A DNA stretch of 64,000 nucleotides, from positions 1-64,000 of the forward strand of contig JAYZQJ010000182.1 of the NCBI GenBank assembly GCA_036149055.1, in the 5' to 3' direction. The position numbers were made by a program, and so were the translations under genes. The notes beneath the pieces are model-generated. The model saw only the letters and a list, made by a program, of their open reading frames with translations. It did not search any database and had not been told where the DNA came from. Below, piece after piece: positions 28,822-39,880 of the stretch. Every line of letters begins with the position of its first letter. Within the stretch, counting starts at the first letter, position 1. The stretch is from Myxococcota bacterium (GTDB lineage Bacteria; Myxococcota_A; Polyangia; Polyangiales; Sandaracinaceae).

Positions 28822-31059
28822 CTACGGACGCCCCCCGGGCGGGAGCCAGCGGACCGGTCGGCCGACGAGCCCGTCGAGGGTGACGCGGCGGTAGGAGCCG
28901 GCCTCGGTCTGGAAGAGGAGGTTCCAGAGGGGCACGAAGAGCGGCCGCACGGCGAGCGGCCTGGCGTCGAAGCGCGCCGCGAAGCTCTCCTTCACCGCGC
29001 CCTCGCCGCGCCGCTCGGTCCAGTCGGCGTCCTCGAGCGCGAGCGCTCCGGGCAGCACGTCGCACCGCTCGGTGACCCCGTCGAAGTCGCGCACCGCGCT
29101 CGCGCTCCCGGTGGGTCGGTCGTCGAAGCGGACGCCGTCTTCGTTGGTGAAGACGAGCACCCCGAGGTTGTGCGGGTGCACGTAGACCGAGCCGAGCTTC
29201 TCGTCGTGCGCGTCCCCGAAGAGCCGCGAGAGCAGCGAGCGCTCGACGCGCTCCTCGAAGTCGAGCTGCCAGACCAGCCGGTGCAGGGGCTCCGCCCGGG
29301 CGAAGCGCTCGTCCTCCCCGATGAGCCCGAACAGGCGGCTCCGCGCCATGCGCTCGCCGAGCGCGGCGGCGTCCTCGAGGCTGACGTGCGCGACGAGGCA
29401 CGGCACCGGCTCGAGCATGCCGAGGTCCGGCCGGAGCCCGCGCGCGGGATCGAAGAAGTGCTGCGTCCGCCCGACCCTGAAGGAGCGCGCGGCGCCCTCC
29501 TCTTCGAGCGCCCGCAGCGCCCGGCGGGTCGCGCTCTCGCTCTTGCCGAGCAAGGGGGCGAGCGCCTTGACGGTCGCGCTGGGGCGGGCGGAGAGCAGAG
29601 CCCGGAGGTCGGGGGCCGGTGGCGCGGGCTCGGGGTCGGGTGACGTGGGCTCGGGCTCGGGTGACGTGGGCTCGGGCTCGGGCTCGGCTTCGGTTTCAGT
29701 TTCGGCTTCGGCTTCGGCTTCGGTTTCGGGCTCGGGCTCGGGATTGGGGTCGGTCGCTGCTTCGGGGGCTTTCGCGGGCAGGGGCACGGGCAGGGGCACG
29801 GGGGGGTGGTCGCCGAGCTCGTTCAGCCCCCACGTTTCGTGTCTGGTCAGCAGCCAGCGGGTTCGGAGCTCGATCGGGGTGTCGAAGCGGTCGGGGTTGA
29901 GCAGCACCAGCTGGCCGGGCTCGAGGGCCGGGAGCTTCGCGAGGAGGGCGTCGCTCGCGTCGGGGGCGAGGCTCTTGAGGGTCGGCTCGATCTTCTTGAG
30001 GTCCTGCCGGGTGGTGAGGCGGCCGAGGGCCCAGGTGCCGAACTGGGCCATCGCGCGGTAGTCGACGTCGCCGGGGTTCTGGGTCGCCATCACGCAGCAC
30101 ACGCCGTACTTGCGGGCCTGCTTGAAGAGCAGGGTCAGGCCGTCCTTGCAGGCGGGCTTGCGCACCGGCGGCACGAAGGGCGCGACCTCGTCGATGTAGA
30201 AGAGCAGCTGCGGCTCGGCCGACGGGTGGGCGAGCATCCAGCCGTAGAGGCGGTCGACGACCGCGGCGACGAAGAAGTCCTTGTCCTCCTGCGCGTGCAG
30301 GGTGTTGAGGTAGATCACCGCGACGCGCACCTTGCCCGGCTGGCTCGGGCGGACGAGCGTCTCGACGTCGAGGGGGAGGCCGTCGTGGAAGAGCAGCCGA
30401 CGGGCGCCCACGTCGAGCCGCGCGAGGCGCTGGTTGGCGGTGCGCAGCTTGCGGGCGTCGAGGAAGCGCGCGTAGGCGCCGAAGCCGTCCTGCTCCGCCG
30501 CGTGGAGGTGGTCGGTCAGGCCGGCGAGGCTCAGCGGCGCGCCGGCCTCGATCATCGCGTGCAGCGCGCGGTCCACGGCGGCCGAGAGGCCGGCGCCGTC
30601 GTCCTGGTCGAGGTCGAAGCCGAGCAGCCCCACCACCACCGCGGCGGTGCGAGAGACCGCGTGGGCGCGCTCGGCGCCCTCGAAGGCGGCGAGGCCCGGA
30701 TCGACCGGATCGGCGCAGAGCGGCACCCCGACGCGCGCGCCCGGCGTGAAGATCACCACCTCGGCGAGCTCCCGGAAGCGCGCCGCGCGGGCCGGGTCGA
30801 TGCCCCGCGCCTCGAGCTCGGCGTCGTCGAGCGTCCCCGCCGCCAGGCTGCACAGATCGCCCTGCGGATCGACGCAGATCGTGGGCAGCCCGGCGAGCAG
30901 CGCCTCCTCGGCGACGACCTTGCAGAACACCGTCTTCCCGGAGCCGCTCGCGCCGAGCGCCATCACGTGACGCAGCAGCGCCTCGGTCGGCAGGGAGACC
31001 GTTTCACCGCCGACGTCGGCGCCTAGATCCAGCCCGTCTCGCTCGGCGTCCAGGGTCAT
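28822..31059 (-). CDS. HerA/FtsK-superfamily ATPase (DUF87/DUF853-like) with PE-rich linker, wHTH and C-terminal domain
   Basis: RHVMALGASGSGKT Walker A, VDPQGD, FYIDE Walker B, KQARKYG, ATQNPGDVDY; HTH-like ATVKALAPLLGKSESATRRAL. Confidence 0.85.
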   Translation of the reverse strand: MTLDAERDGLDLGADVGGETVSLPTEALLRHVMALGASGSGKTVFCKVVAEEALLAGLPTICVDPQGDLCSLAAGTLDDAELEARGIDPARAARFRELAEVVIFTPGARVGVPLCADPVDPGLAAFEGAERAHAVSRTAAVVVGLLGFDLDQDDGAGLSAAVDRALHAMIEAGAPLSLAGLTDHLHAAEQDGFGAYARFLDARKLRTANQRLARLDVGARRLLFHDGLPLDVETLVRPSQPGKVRVAVIYLNTLHAQEDKDFFVAAVVDRLYGWMLAHPSAEPQLLFYIDEVAPFVPPVRKPACKDGLTLLFKQARKYGVCCVMATQNPGDVDYRAMAQFGTWALGRLTTRQDLKKIEPTLKSLAPDASDALLAKLPALEPGQLVLLNPDRFDTPIELRTRWLLTRHETWGLNELGDHPPVPLPVPLPAKAPEAATDPNPEPEPETEAEAEAETETEAEPEPEPTSPEPEPTSPDPEPAPPAPDLRALLSARPSATVKALAPLLGKSESATRRALRALEEEGAARSFRVGRTQHFFDPARGLRPDLGMLEPVPCLVAHVSLEDAAALGERMARSRLFGLIGEDERFARAEPLHRLVWQLDFEERVERSLLSRLFGDAHDEKLGSVYVHPHNLGVLVFTNEDGVRFDDRPTGSASAVRDFDGVTERCDVLPGALALEDADWTERRGEGAVKESFAARFDARPLAVRPLFVPLWNLLFQTEAGSYRRVTLDGLVGRPVRWLPPGGRP
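29625..29804. repeat. Hexamer repeats encoding the PE/AE/PV linker of the HerA-like ATPase
   Basis: CTCGGG/TTCGGC runs, a duplicated 21-mer, and CGGGCA/GGGGCA repeats. Confidence 0.7.
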
Positions 31060-31130
31060 GGCGCGGAGGGTAGCCCGAGAGCCCTCCCCTTGCGCGCGAC
31101 GGCTTCTCGGGGGACGGTCGGCACCCTGTC

Positions 31131-31919
31131 ATGATCGAGCTGCTCACCAATCCGGAAGCCTGGGTCGCGCTGATCACGCTCACGTTGCTCGAGCTCGTCC
31201 TGGGCATCGACAACCTGGTCTTCATCGCGATCCTGACCGATCGCCTGCCGCGCGCCGAGCGCCCGCTCGCCTACAAGCTCGGGCTCGGCGGCGCGATGGT
31301 CACCCGCGTCCTGCTGCTGCTCGCGCTCAGCTGGGTCATGCACCTCACGGACACGCTCTTCACCGTGTTCGACAACGACATCAGCGGGCGCGACATCATC
31401 GTGCTCGTCGGCGGGCTCTTCCTGATCGGCAAGAGCGCGCACGAGATCTTCGAGAAGGTCGAGCTCCGCGGCGACGAGGACGACGAGGAAGGCGGCCGGG
31501 GCCGCGCGAGCATGACCTCGATCATCATCCAGATCGCGATCATGGACATCATCTTCTCCCTCGACTCGGTCATCACCGCGGTCGGCATGGTCGAGGAGGT
31601 CGAGGTGATGATCGTCGCCATCATCCTCGCGGTGCTGATGATGCTGATCTTCGCGCGCCGCATCGGCGAGTTCGTCAACGAGCACCCGTCGATGAAGATC
31701 CTGGCGCTGAGCTTCATGCTCCTGATCGGCGTGCTGCTCGTCGCCGAGGGCTTCGATCGCCACCTGCCCAAGGGCTACATCTACGCGTCGATGGGCTTCG
31801 CGGTCTTCGTCGAGCTCGTCAACATGCGCTTCCGCAAGAACAAGAAGCAGAAGGGCGTCCGCAAGGCGGTCGCCGCCATCGCCGCCGACGTCGCCGCCCG
31901 CGACGACGAGAAGGACTGA
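31131..31919 (+). CDS. TerC family membrane protein
   Basis: LELVLGIDN, DIIFSLDSVITAVGM, PKGYIY. Confidence 0.93.
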   Translation: MIELLTNPEAWVALITLTLLELVLGIDNLVFIAILTDRLPRAERPLAYKLGLGGAMVTRVLLLLALSWVMHLTDTLFTVFDNDISGRDIIVLVGGLFLIGKSAHEIFEKVELRGDEDDEEGGRGRASMTSIIIQIAIMDIIFSLDSVITAVGMVEEVEVMIVAIILAVLMMLIFARRIGEFVNEHPSMKILALSFMLLIGVLLVAEGFDRHLPKGYIYASMGFAVFVELVNMRFRKNKKQKGVRKAVAAIAADVAARDDEKD

Positions 31920-32138
31920 TCACGCCTTCGGCGGTCGCTTGGCGATCGCGACGAGGAGCCAGAGGAAGGTGGCCGCCGCGCCGAGCACGCCGAGGCCGGC
32001 CGGGCTGAGGCGCGGGCCGAGATCCACCAGCTCGGGGTCGCGGCTGCAGATCACGAAGACGCTCATCGAGAGCAGGAACAGCACCCCGGGCAAGGCGATC
32101 CCGCCGGGGAGCCCGCGGGGCTCGGTGCGCTCGGTCAT
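31920..32138 (-). CDS. Small two-TM membrane protein
   Basis: Two hydrophobic segments; lies just downstream of the RR on the same strand. Confidence 0.55.
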   Translation of the reverse strand: MTERTEPRGLPGGIALPGVLFLLSMSVFVICSRDPELVDLGPRLSPAGLGVLGAAATFLWLLVAIAKRPPKA

Positions 32139-32166
32139 CGCGCGGAGTATGGGATCGTTGTGCCGA

Positions 32167-33485
<1,319 letters not shown>

Positions 33486-33489
<4 letters not shown>

Positions 33490-34427
33490 GCCGCCTCCAC
33501 CGCCCGCGAGGGGCCGGCCGCGGGCAAGGTCACGACGAAGCGGGCGCCGCCTTCGATCCCGCCGCGCGGCGCGACGTCGATGCCGCCGCCGTGGGCCTCG
33601 ACGATGCGGAGGGCCATCGAGAGCCCGAGCCCGGTGCCCGTCTCCTTGGTGGTGAAGAACGGCTCGAAGAGGCGCGGGAGGTCCGCGTCCTCGATGCCGG
33701 GGCCGTCGTCCGCCACCTCGACCCGCAGGACGCCCTCGCCCTCGGCGGCCGTGATCGTCACCGCCCGCGCGCCGGCCTCGGCGGCGTTCACCACCAGGCC
33801 GAGCAGCACCTGCACCAGCAGATCGGCGTCGGCCCGCACGGTGAGGGGCGCCACGTCCCGCCGCACCGAGAGGACGCCCGTCGCCTCCTCGGCCAGGGCC
33901 GCGGCGCGCTCCACCACCGGGCCCACCTCCGTCTCACCGAGGGTCATGCGGGTCGGCTTGGCGAAGGTCAGGAGCGCGGCGATGAGGCCGTCGAGCCGAT
34001 CGATCTCGTCCCGGATGAGGTCGCAGGCGCGGTGGTCGTCGGAGCCGCGGTCGAAGGCCTCCTGCACCATGCTCGCGGACGCGCGGATGACGCCCAGCGG
34101 GTTGCGGACCTCGTGGGCGATGCCGGCGGCGAGCCGCCCGAGCGCGGCGAGCTTCTCCGCCTGGGCGAGGCGCGCGCGGCTGTCCTCGAGGGCCTCGAGC
34201 TGGGCCTGGATGCGCGCCCGATCCGCCCGGGCCCGCTGCCGCGCGCTCCACAGCTTGCCGCCCACCCAGCCGAGCGCCGCGTAGCCCACCACGAACGAGC
34301 CGAGCACCATCGCGCCCGCCGCCGTCCGGGACAGGCCGCCCACGTCGAGCCCGACCCACGCGAAGAGCGCGAGGTCCACCGCCGCCAACCCGCTCGCCGC
34401 CGCGAGCCCGATCCATTCCCAGCGCAC
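33486..34427 (-). CDS. Sensor histidine kinase with two TM helices and no extracytoplasmic domain
   Basis: AHEVRNPL H-box, DDGPGI, FEPFFTTK, GTGLGL. Confidence 0.92.
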
Positions 34428-34483
34428 GCCCCGATCCTAGCGGAGCGCGTGCCAGCGCGGCGCGCGGGAGCTCCGAGACCGGA

Positions 34484-34536
34484 CGTTGCAGCGCTGCAAC
34501 GCGCCCGGGCCCGCGAAACGATGCGCGCGTGCAACG
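34484..34536. promoter_or_regulatory. Paired putative enhancer palindromes
   Basis: Perfect 18-bp palindrome CGTTGCAGCGCTGCAACG (34484-34501) and imperfect copy CGATGCGCGCGTGCAACG (34519-34536). Confidence 0.65.
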
Positions 34537-34566
34537 GCGCCCACCCGTCCGCCCGCCTCGCGGCGC

Positions 34567-34581
34567 TGGCACGGCGGCTGC
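34567..34581 (+). promoter_or_regulatory. Sigma54 -24/-12 promoter
   Basis: TGGCAC-GGCGG-CTGC upstream of AAGGAG RBS and ATG 34611. Confidence 0.7.
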
Positions 34582-34610
34582 GGAGGGAGAGGCTCGAAAA
34601 GGAGAACGAC

Positions 34611-34937
34611 ATGAACCTCAAGCAGATCGGAATCACCCTCGTCTTCCTCGACTTCGCGGCCCTCACCGGATACGCGCTCTACCAGGAGGGGCTCATCGGC
34701 ATCTGGGAGATGGCCACCAGCAGCTGGTGGGCGACGCAGATCACCTTCGATCTCTGCTTCGCCGCCTTCTTCGGCAGCCTCTGGGTGTGGCGCGACGCCA
34801 AGAAGCGCGGCCTCAACCCGCTCCCCTACGTGCTCGCCGTCCCCTTCACCGGCTCCCTCGCCCTGCTCGTCTACGCGATCCGGCGCCAGTCCGCGGCCGC
34901 CCCTGCGGCGCGCCGCCTCGACGCCGCGCCCGCCTGA
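34611..34937 (+). CDS. Small membrane protein (DUF2834-like)
   Basis: Three to four TM helices, QITFDL, WVWRDAKKRG; strong RBS. Confidence 0.75.
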   Translation: MNLKQIGITLVFLDFAALTGYALYQEGLIGIWEMATSSWWATQITFDLCFAAFFGSLWVWRDAKKRGLNPLPYVLAVPFTGSLALLVYAIRRQSAAAPAARRLDAAPA

Positions 34938-34961
34938 TCCCCCACATGGTCTTCATGCGGC

Positions 34962-35106
34962 GGGGAGAGGGGAGAGCGGAGGCGAGGAGGAAGCGTCGCT
35001 GCGCGACGCGGCCGGTGGGCGACGCGATGGCGACTCGCCGCCGACGCAGCTGGTCGCCGCCCGGCCGCCGAGCTGTCTCTCCTCGCCTCCCACCTCCCCT
35101 CTCCCC
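34962..35106. repeat. 28-bp purine/pyrimidine inverted repeat between convergent genes
   Basis: GGGGAGAGGGGAGAGCGGAGGCGAGGAG (34962-34989) vs CTCCTCGCCTCCCACCTCCCCTCTCCCC (35079-35106), 25/28 complementary. Confidence 0.75.
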
Positions 35107-35154
35107 CCCAAAAAAGCGGGAGCCCGCGTGGCCTGGGCGAGAGAGGAGACAAGG

Positions 35155-35889
35155 TCACTCGAGGCGTTTGGCGAGGAAGAGCTCCTGCGCCTCGTAGGGA
35201 GGCTCGTGGGCGTGGATGAGCAGCTCGGGCTGGAAGCCGACCTCGCGCAGGAGGCGGAGCCAGCTCTCGCGGGAGAAGCAGCCGACGACGTGTCGGTCGT
35301 GCACCACGCGGACCTCGCCCCGGCCCTCTCGGAGGACGAAGACGTAGTCGCCCACGAAGGTGTCGTCGTCCGGATCGGGATCCCAGTCCCACTCCACGCA
35401 GCGCATCGCGCGGTCCTCGTCCTCCGCCTCGAAGACCTGCGTGCTCTCGACGAAGGTCTCCTTCACGAAGTCGGGCACGAAGAGGGCCGCGCCGCCGGGA
35501 TGGAGATGCGCGTGGGCGGTCTCCATCGCGCGCCGCAGGTCGTCCTCGCTGCGCATGTACATGACCGCGTCGTGCACCAGCACGAGGTCGAAGCGCTCGG
35601 TCAGCCGCAGCGCGCGCATGTCCCCGAGGTGGTGCGCGCACTCCGGGTTCAGCGCCTCGCTCAGCGCGAGCATCGAGGGCGCGAGGTCCGTGAGCGTGCA
35701 GCGGTAGCGCGCCTTCAGGTGGTAGGCGTTGTGCCCGGCGCCGCAGCCGAGCTCGAGCATGGTCTCGGCGTCGGGCGCCGCGCGCGCGAGCGCGTCCCCG
35801 TACATCGCCGCCTCCTCCGCGTACTCCTCCTTGGGCGTCAGCAGCGTGTACCAGGGCGCGAGCTCGTCGTAGAGGCGCGGGCCGGTCAC
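35155..35889 (-). CDS. Class I SAM-dependent methyltransferase
   Basis: MLELGCGAG motif I, TDL, GDMR, FDLVLVHD, HLHPGG. Confidence 0.9.
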   Translation of the reverse strand: MTGPRLYDELAPWYTLLTPKEEYAEEAAMYGDALARAAPDAETMLELGCGAGHNAYHLKARYRCTLTDLAPSMLALSEALNPECAHHLGDMRALRLTERFDLVLVHDAVMYMRSEDDLRRAMETAHAHLHPGGAALFVPDFVKETFVESTQVFEAEDEDRAMRCVEWDWDPDPDDDTFVGDYVFVLREGRGEVRVVHDRHVVGCFSRESWLRLLREVGFQPELLIHAHEPPYEAQELFLAKRLE

Positions 35890-35898
35890 GCCTCGAGC

Positions 35899-36783
35899 TT
35901 ACTCCAGGAGCGCGCGCCCCTGCTCGGCGAGCCGGGCGAGGTCCCGCTCGGACAGGCGCAACTCCGCGAGCGCCACGTCCACCGCGTGCGGGCTGACCGT
36001 GTCGTGCTGGCCGGGGAGCCCCGCGCCGCGCCCCGACTGATCGGCGATGTAGTGCGCGAGGCACTGGCAGGCGATCACCGGGTGCCGATAGCCGCCGAGG
36101 TCGGGGTGGCGGTGCGCGCCGATCATCCACTGCAGCTCGACCGGGAGGCCCCACAGCCGGGCGACGATCTCGCCGGCCTCGCAGTGGTAGGCGTCGAGCT
36201 CGACCGCGAGCGCGCCCAGGTCGGGCGGGGACGCGCCGCGCTCGGCGAGGGCGTGGATCATGGCCATGTGCCCCACGTCGTGCAGCAGCCCGAAGAGGAA
36301 GCCGTACTCCATCGCGACCGAGGTGTGCGAGGCGACGAAGCGGGTCAGGATCGCCACCGCGGCGCTGTGCCGGCGGAGCTGATCCAGCGTGCGCTCGTAG
36401 CCGGCGACCCGGAACACCCGGCCCATCGCGACCTGCCAGACGACGTCGCGGAGCCCCGAGAGCCCGAGGCGCGCGGCGGCGTCCTGGAGCGAGCGCGGCG
36501 GCATCTGGGTGGCGTAGGCGGGAGAGGCGGCGACGCGGAGGACCTCGGCGGCCAGCATCGCGTCGTGCTCGAGCACCGTGACCACCTCGGGGATGCCGAC
36601 GTCGGGGCGCTTCACCAGCTCGTGCACCTCGAGCGCCACCTTGGGCAGCATCGGGGGGTGGTAGCCGGGGGCGCCGAAGACCCGGCGGAGCTCCTCGCCG
36701 ACCTCCTCGGCCCCGAGCCAGCCGTCGTGATCGACCGCGGCGCGGCCGAACCCATAGCCCTTGCGTCCGTGAGCGAGGCTCAT
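35899..36783 (-). CDS. HDOD domain protein
   Basis: PPMLPKVA, DAMLAAEVLRVAASP, RRHSAAVA, GLLHDVG, WGLP. Confidence 0.9.
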   Translation of the reverse strand: MSLAHGRKGYGFGRAAVDHDGWLGAEEVGEELRRVFGAPGYHPPMLPKVALEVHELVKRPDVGIPEVVTVLEHDAMLAAEVLRVAASPAYATQMPPRSLQDAAARLGLSGLRDVVWQVAMGRVFRVAGYERTLDQLRRHSAAVAILTRFVASHTSVAMEYGFLFGLLHDVGHMAMIHALAERGASPPDLGALAVELDAYHCEAGEIVARLWGLPVELQWMIGAHRHPDLGGYRHPVIACQCLAHYIADQSGRGAGLPGQHDTVSPHAVDVALAELRLSERDLARLAEQGRALLE

Positions 36784-36827
36784 CCAGCCCGGAGAACGAC
36801 CGCTGGCGCGGCGGCTGAACCCTCTCC

Positions 36828-39800
36828 CTACTCGGCGTGCGCCTCGCCGGGCGACGGCGCGTCGGCGACCTCCGCGTAGGCGCCGTCGGTCCGGGCGTAG
36901 ACCGCGCGGGGCTCGGCGGCCGGCCCCCGGAGCGCGCGCTTGAGGGGGCGGTAGCCGTCGGTCATCGGGATCGCGTCGACGACCCGCACCCGCCGCGGAC
37001 GCTCGTGCGGCTGGAGCTTCTCGTCGACGAGCCGCTCGAGGCGACGCAGGTCGAGCGCGCCCTCGCGGGGCACGATGGTCGCGACCACCGCCTCGCCCTC
37101 CTCGCCCGGCAGCGCGCGACCGGAGACCGTCACCATCGCCACGTCCGGGCGCCGGTAGAGCAGGTCCTCGATCTCGCGGGTGAAGACCGGCCCGCTCGGG
37201 GTGCGCACCGTGTCGCTCAGGCGGTCGACGTACCAGTAGTCGCCGTCGGCGTCCTGACGGACCAGGTCGCCGGTGAGGAACCACGCGTCGCCGCGCTCGA
37301 AGACGTCGTGGGCCACGCGCTCCCGGGTCGTGGCCTCGTCGAGGTAGCCGTCGAAGCCCGCCATCGGGTGCCCGCGGTCGACCCGCGCGATCAGCATGCC
37401 CGGCTGATCGACCCCGGCCCGCTGCACGAAGCCCTGCTCGTCGCGCACGAAGTCGTCGCTCTCGAAGCGGTAGAGGGCGACCGACATGTCCGTCGCGCCC
37501 GGCAGCGGGCGGCCGAGCGCCCCCACCTTCTCACCGCTGGCGTTCGCGAGCACCGCGTTGCCCTCGGTGGTGGCGTAGAACTCGAGCACGCCGACCTTGA
37601 AGCGCTGCTGCAGCCGCTCCCACACGTCGCGCCGCATGCCGCTGCCCGCGAAGAGGCGCACCGGGTTCTTGGCGTCGTTCACCTCGGGCGGCGCGTCGAC
37701 GAGGGCGCGGCACATCTCGCCCGCGTAGAAGACGACCGTCGCCCCGTAGCGCCGCGCCTCGTTCCAGAAGTGCTCGGGCGCGAAGCGGGCGGCCAGCGCG
37801 AGCCGCGAGCCTCCGACGAGCGCGCCCCCGACCGCGACGAGCATGCCCGCCGCGTGATGCAGCGGGAGCACGCAATACACGGTGTCGTTCGGATCGAGGC
37901 TGCAGCTGGCGGCCGCGCCGAGCGCGCTGAAGGCCCACCGGCGGTTGGTGATGCGCGCCGCCCGCGGCTCCTCGGCCCGCCCGGCGGTGAAGAGCACCAT
38001 CGCCTCGTCGCTCGCGCGGCCGGCGTTGGGCGTGTAGTCGGCGGGGAGGCGCACCCGCTCCGGGTCGATCGCCTCCATGTCGACGACGCCCTCGGGGACC
38101 TGACGCGCCGGCCCGTACGGCCCGCCGAGCGCGAACACCGGCCCCTCGTACGCCTCGCGGGCCGCGGGCGCGTTCTCCGGGTCGGCGATCAGCATCGACA
38201 CGCCGCCGATCTCGAGCGCTCGCCCGAGCGACAGCCGCTTCATCTCGGGGCTCAGCAGCACCGCGGTCGCGCGCATGCGGTTGAGCGCGGCGACGATCGA
38301 GAGGTAGGTCGGCCGGCCGCGCATCAGCACGCCGACCCGGTCACCGGGCTTCACGCCGATCTCGAACAGCCCCTTCACGATCGCGTCCACGCGCCGGTCG
38401 GCGTCGGCGTAGCTGAAGGCGCGGCCCTTCCAGAGGAAGAAGGTCGCGTCGGGCATGTGCTCGGCCTTCTCGGCGAGCTCGCGACCGAGGCTGACCAGGG
38501 TGTCGCTCCGGATCTTGCGCAGGCGGCTGAGGCGCGGGAGCTGCCAGCGGAGCGTGTCGATCGCCGCGGTCACGTCCTCGCTCACCCGGCCGACGCTCTT
38601 CAGCGCCTGCTCCACCGCGTCGGTCGCGAAGTCGTAGAAGTCCTCCACGTCGAGGTCGAGCTCGTCGAAGGCGAGGTCGTCGATGTCCTCGATCGGCTCG
38701 CGCCCGGCCTCCTCCCGGAGCAGCTCGGGCAGCTCGCCGCCCTCGTCGACCCAGCCCATCCAGCCGGTCACCGTCGGCCACGTCTGCCCGAGCGCCTTGC
38801 TCCCCACCACGAGCCCCAGGTGACCGGCGCGGATGCCCACCTCGTGCACGTCGGAGTTGAGCGCCGCGCCGTGGATCGCGCGCACCGCGGCCGGCTTGGC
38901 GATGTCGTCGGTGAGCCCGACGAAGAAGAGGATCGGGCAGGTGAGATCGGAGAGCGTCACCGTCCGGCCGTCGATCACGAAGCCGCCCGAGGCCATGCGG
39001 TTGGCGACGATGAACTCGTCGATGAAGGTGCGCAGCGCCGGGCCGGGCCAGGCGACGAAGCCCTCGCCGCCGAGGAAGCGCCGCCGGGTCTCGCGCTTCT
39101 CGAGCGCCTGTCGGTCGTGGAGCTTGGTCACGAAGTCGACGACCTGCTGCAGCTCCTTCTTCGGGCTGACCATCTTGAAGCCGATGCTGGTCAAGAAGCC
39201 CGGAAGCGCCTCGAGCTCGTTGAGGGGCCGCTCGATCACCGTGCGGAGGCCGCCGATCAGCTTCTCGGCGACCTGGTCGCTCATCGGGACCGGCGTGTTC
39301 TTGCGGATGTCGACGGGGCTGCCGAAGGTGATGATCGAGGCGAGCCCCTCGGAGCGCCGATAGGCGGCGGCCTGGTAGCAGAACATGCCGCCCTGCGAGT
39401 AGCCGGCGAGGTGCACGTCGCGCGCGCAGGCGTCGTGCACGCGCTGGATGGCGTCGTCGACCGCGCGCACGTGATCGTCGAGGGTGCGCTTCATCCCGCC
39501 CTCGACCTGCTCCGGGGCGCCGAAGTCGATGAGCCAGACGTCGACGCCCTGCCCGAGCAGGTAGCTGACGGCGCTGACGTCGGGCGACATGTCGTAGATC
39601 TCGCTCGTGACCATCAGCGGCGGCACGAGCAGGAGCGGCACGCGGGCCTCGGCCTCGTCGCGCTCGATGCCCTGGTAGCGCCGCAGGGAGTACATGCGGT
39701 CGCTGTGCACCACCTCGTAGGCGGTGCGGTGGGGGGCGGTGAGGCGGCCCACTCGCACGATCTCGGCCGCGTTCGCGTAGCTGCGGCGGAGCACCTTGAG

Positions 39801-39839
39801 GGTCCGCCCGAGCGCGGAGCGGCGCTTTCGCTTGGCCAT
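36828..39839 (-). CDS. Bifunctional alpha/beta-hydrolase (PhaC-like fold) / long-chain acyl-CoA synthetase (FATP-like) fusion
   Basis: LLLVPPLM, AGYSQGG, DDIA, GHLG in N-half; EFYATTEGN, VFERGDAWFLTGDL, VDRLSD in C-half. Confidence 0.85.
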   Translation of the reverse strand: MAKRKRRSALGRTLKVLRRSYANAAEIVRVGRLTAPHRTAYEVVHSDRMYSLRRYQGIERDEAEARVPLLLVPPLMVTSEIYDMSPDVSAVSYLLGQGVDVWLIDFGAPEQVEGGMKRTLDDHVRAVDDAIQRVHDACARDVHLAGYSQGGMFCYQAAAYRRSEGLASIITFGSPVDIRKNTPVPMSDQVAEKLIGGLRTVIERPLNELEALPGFLTSIGFKMVSPKKELQQVVDFVTKLHDRQALEKRETRRRFLGGEGFVAWPGPALRTFIDEFIVANRMASGGFVIDGRTVTLSDLTCPILFFVGLTDDIAKPAAVRAIHGAALNSDVHEVGIRAGHLGLVVGSKALGQTWPTVTGWMGWVDEGGELPELLREEAGREPIEDIDDLAFDELDLDVEDFYDFATDAVEQALKSVGRVSEDVTAAIDTLRWQLPRLSRLRKIRSDTLVSLGRELAEKAEHMPDATFFLWKGRAFSYADADRRVDAIVKGLFEIGVKPGDRVGVLMRGRPTYLSIVAALNRMRATAVLLSPEMKRLSLGRALEIGGVSMLIADPENAPAAREAYEGPVFALGGPYGPARQVPEGVVDMEAIDPERVRLPADYTPNAGRASDEAMVLFTAGRAEEPRAARITNRRWAFSALGAAASCSLDPNDTVYCVLPLHHAAGMLVAVGGALVGGSRLALAARFAPEHFWNEARRYGATVVFYAGEMCRALVDAPPEVNDAKNPVRLFAGSGMRRDVWERLQQRFKVGVLEFYATTEGNAVLANASGEKVGALGRPLPGATDMSVALYRFESDDFVRDEQGFVQRAGVDQPGMLIARVDRGHPMAGFDGYLDEATTRERVAHDVFERGDAWFLTGDLVRQDADGDYWYVDRLSDTVRTPSGPVFTREIEDLLYRRPDVAMVTVSGRALPGEEGEAVVATIVPREGALDLRRLERLVDEKLQPHERPRRVRVVDAIPMTDGYRPLKRALRGPAAEPRAVYARTDGAYAEVADAPSPGEAHAE

Positions 39840-39880
39840 GGCTGTCTGTATCGCCTCCGGGCCGGTGCTATCAAGCCGGC

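Noticed and set aside
36828..39839. PHA synthase PhaC
   Set aside because: The nucleophile is Ser rather than Cys, there is no phaE/phaA/phaB context, and it is fused to an acyl-CoA synthetase-like domain.
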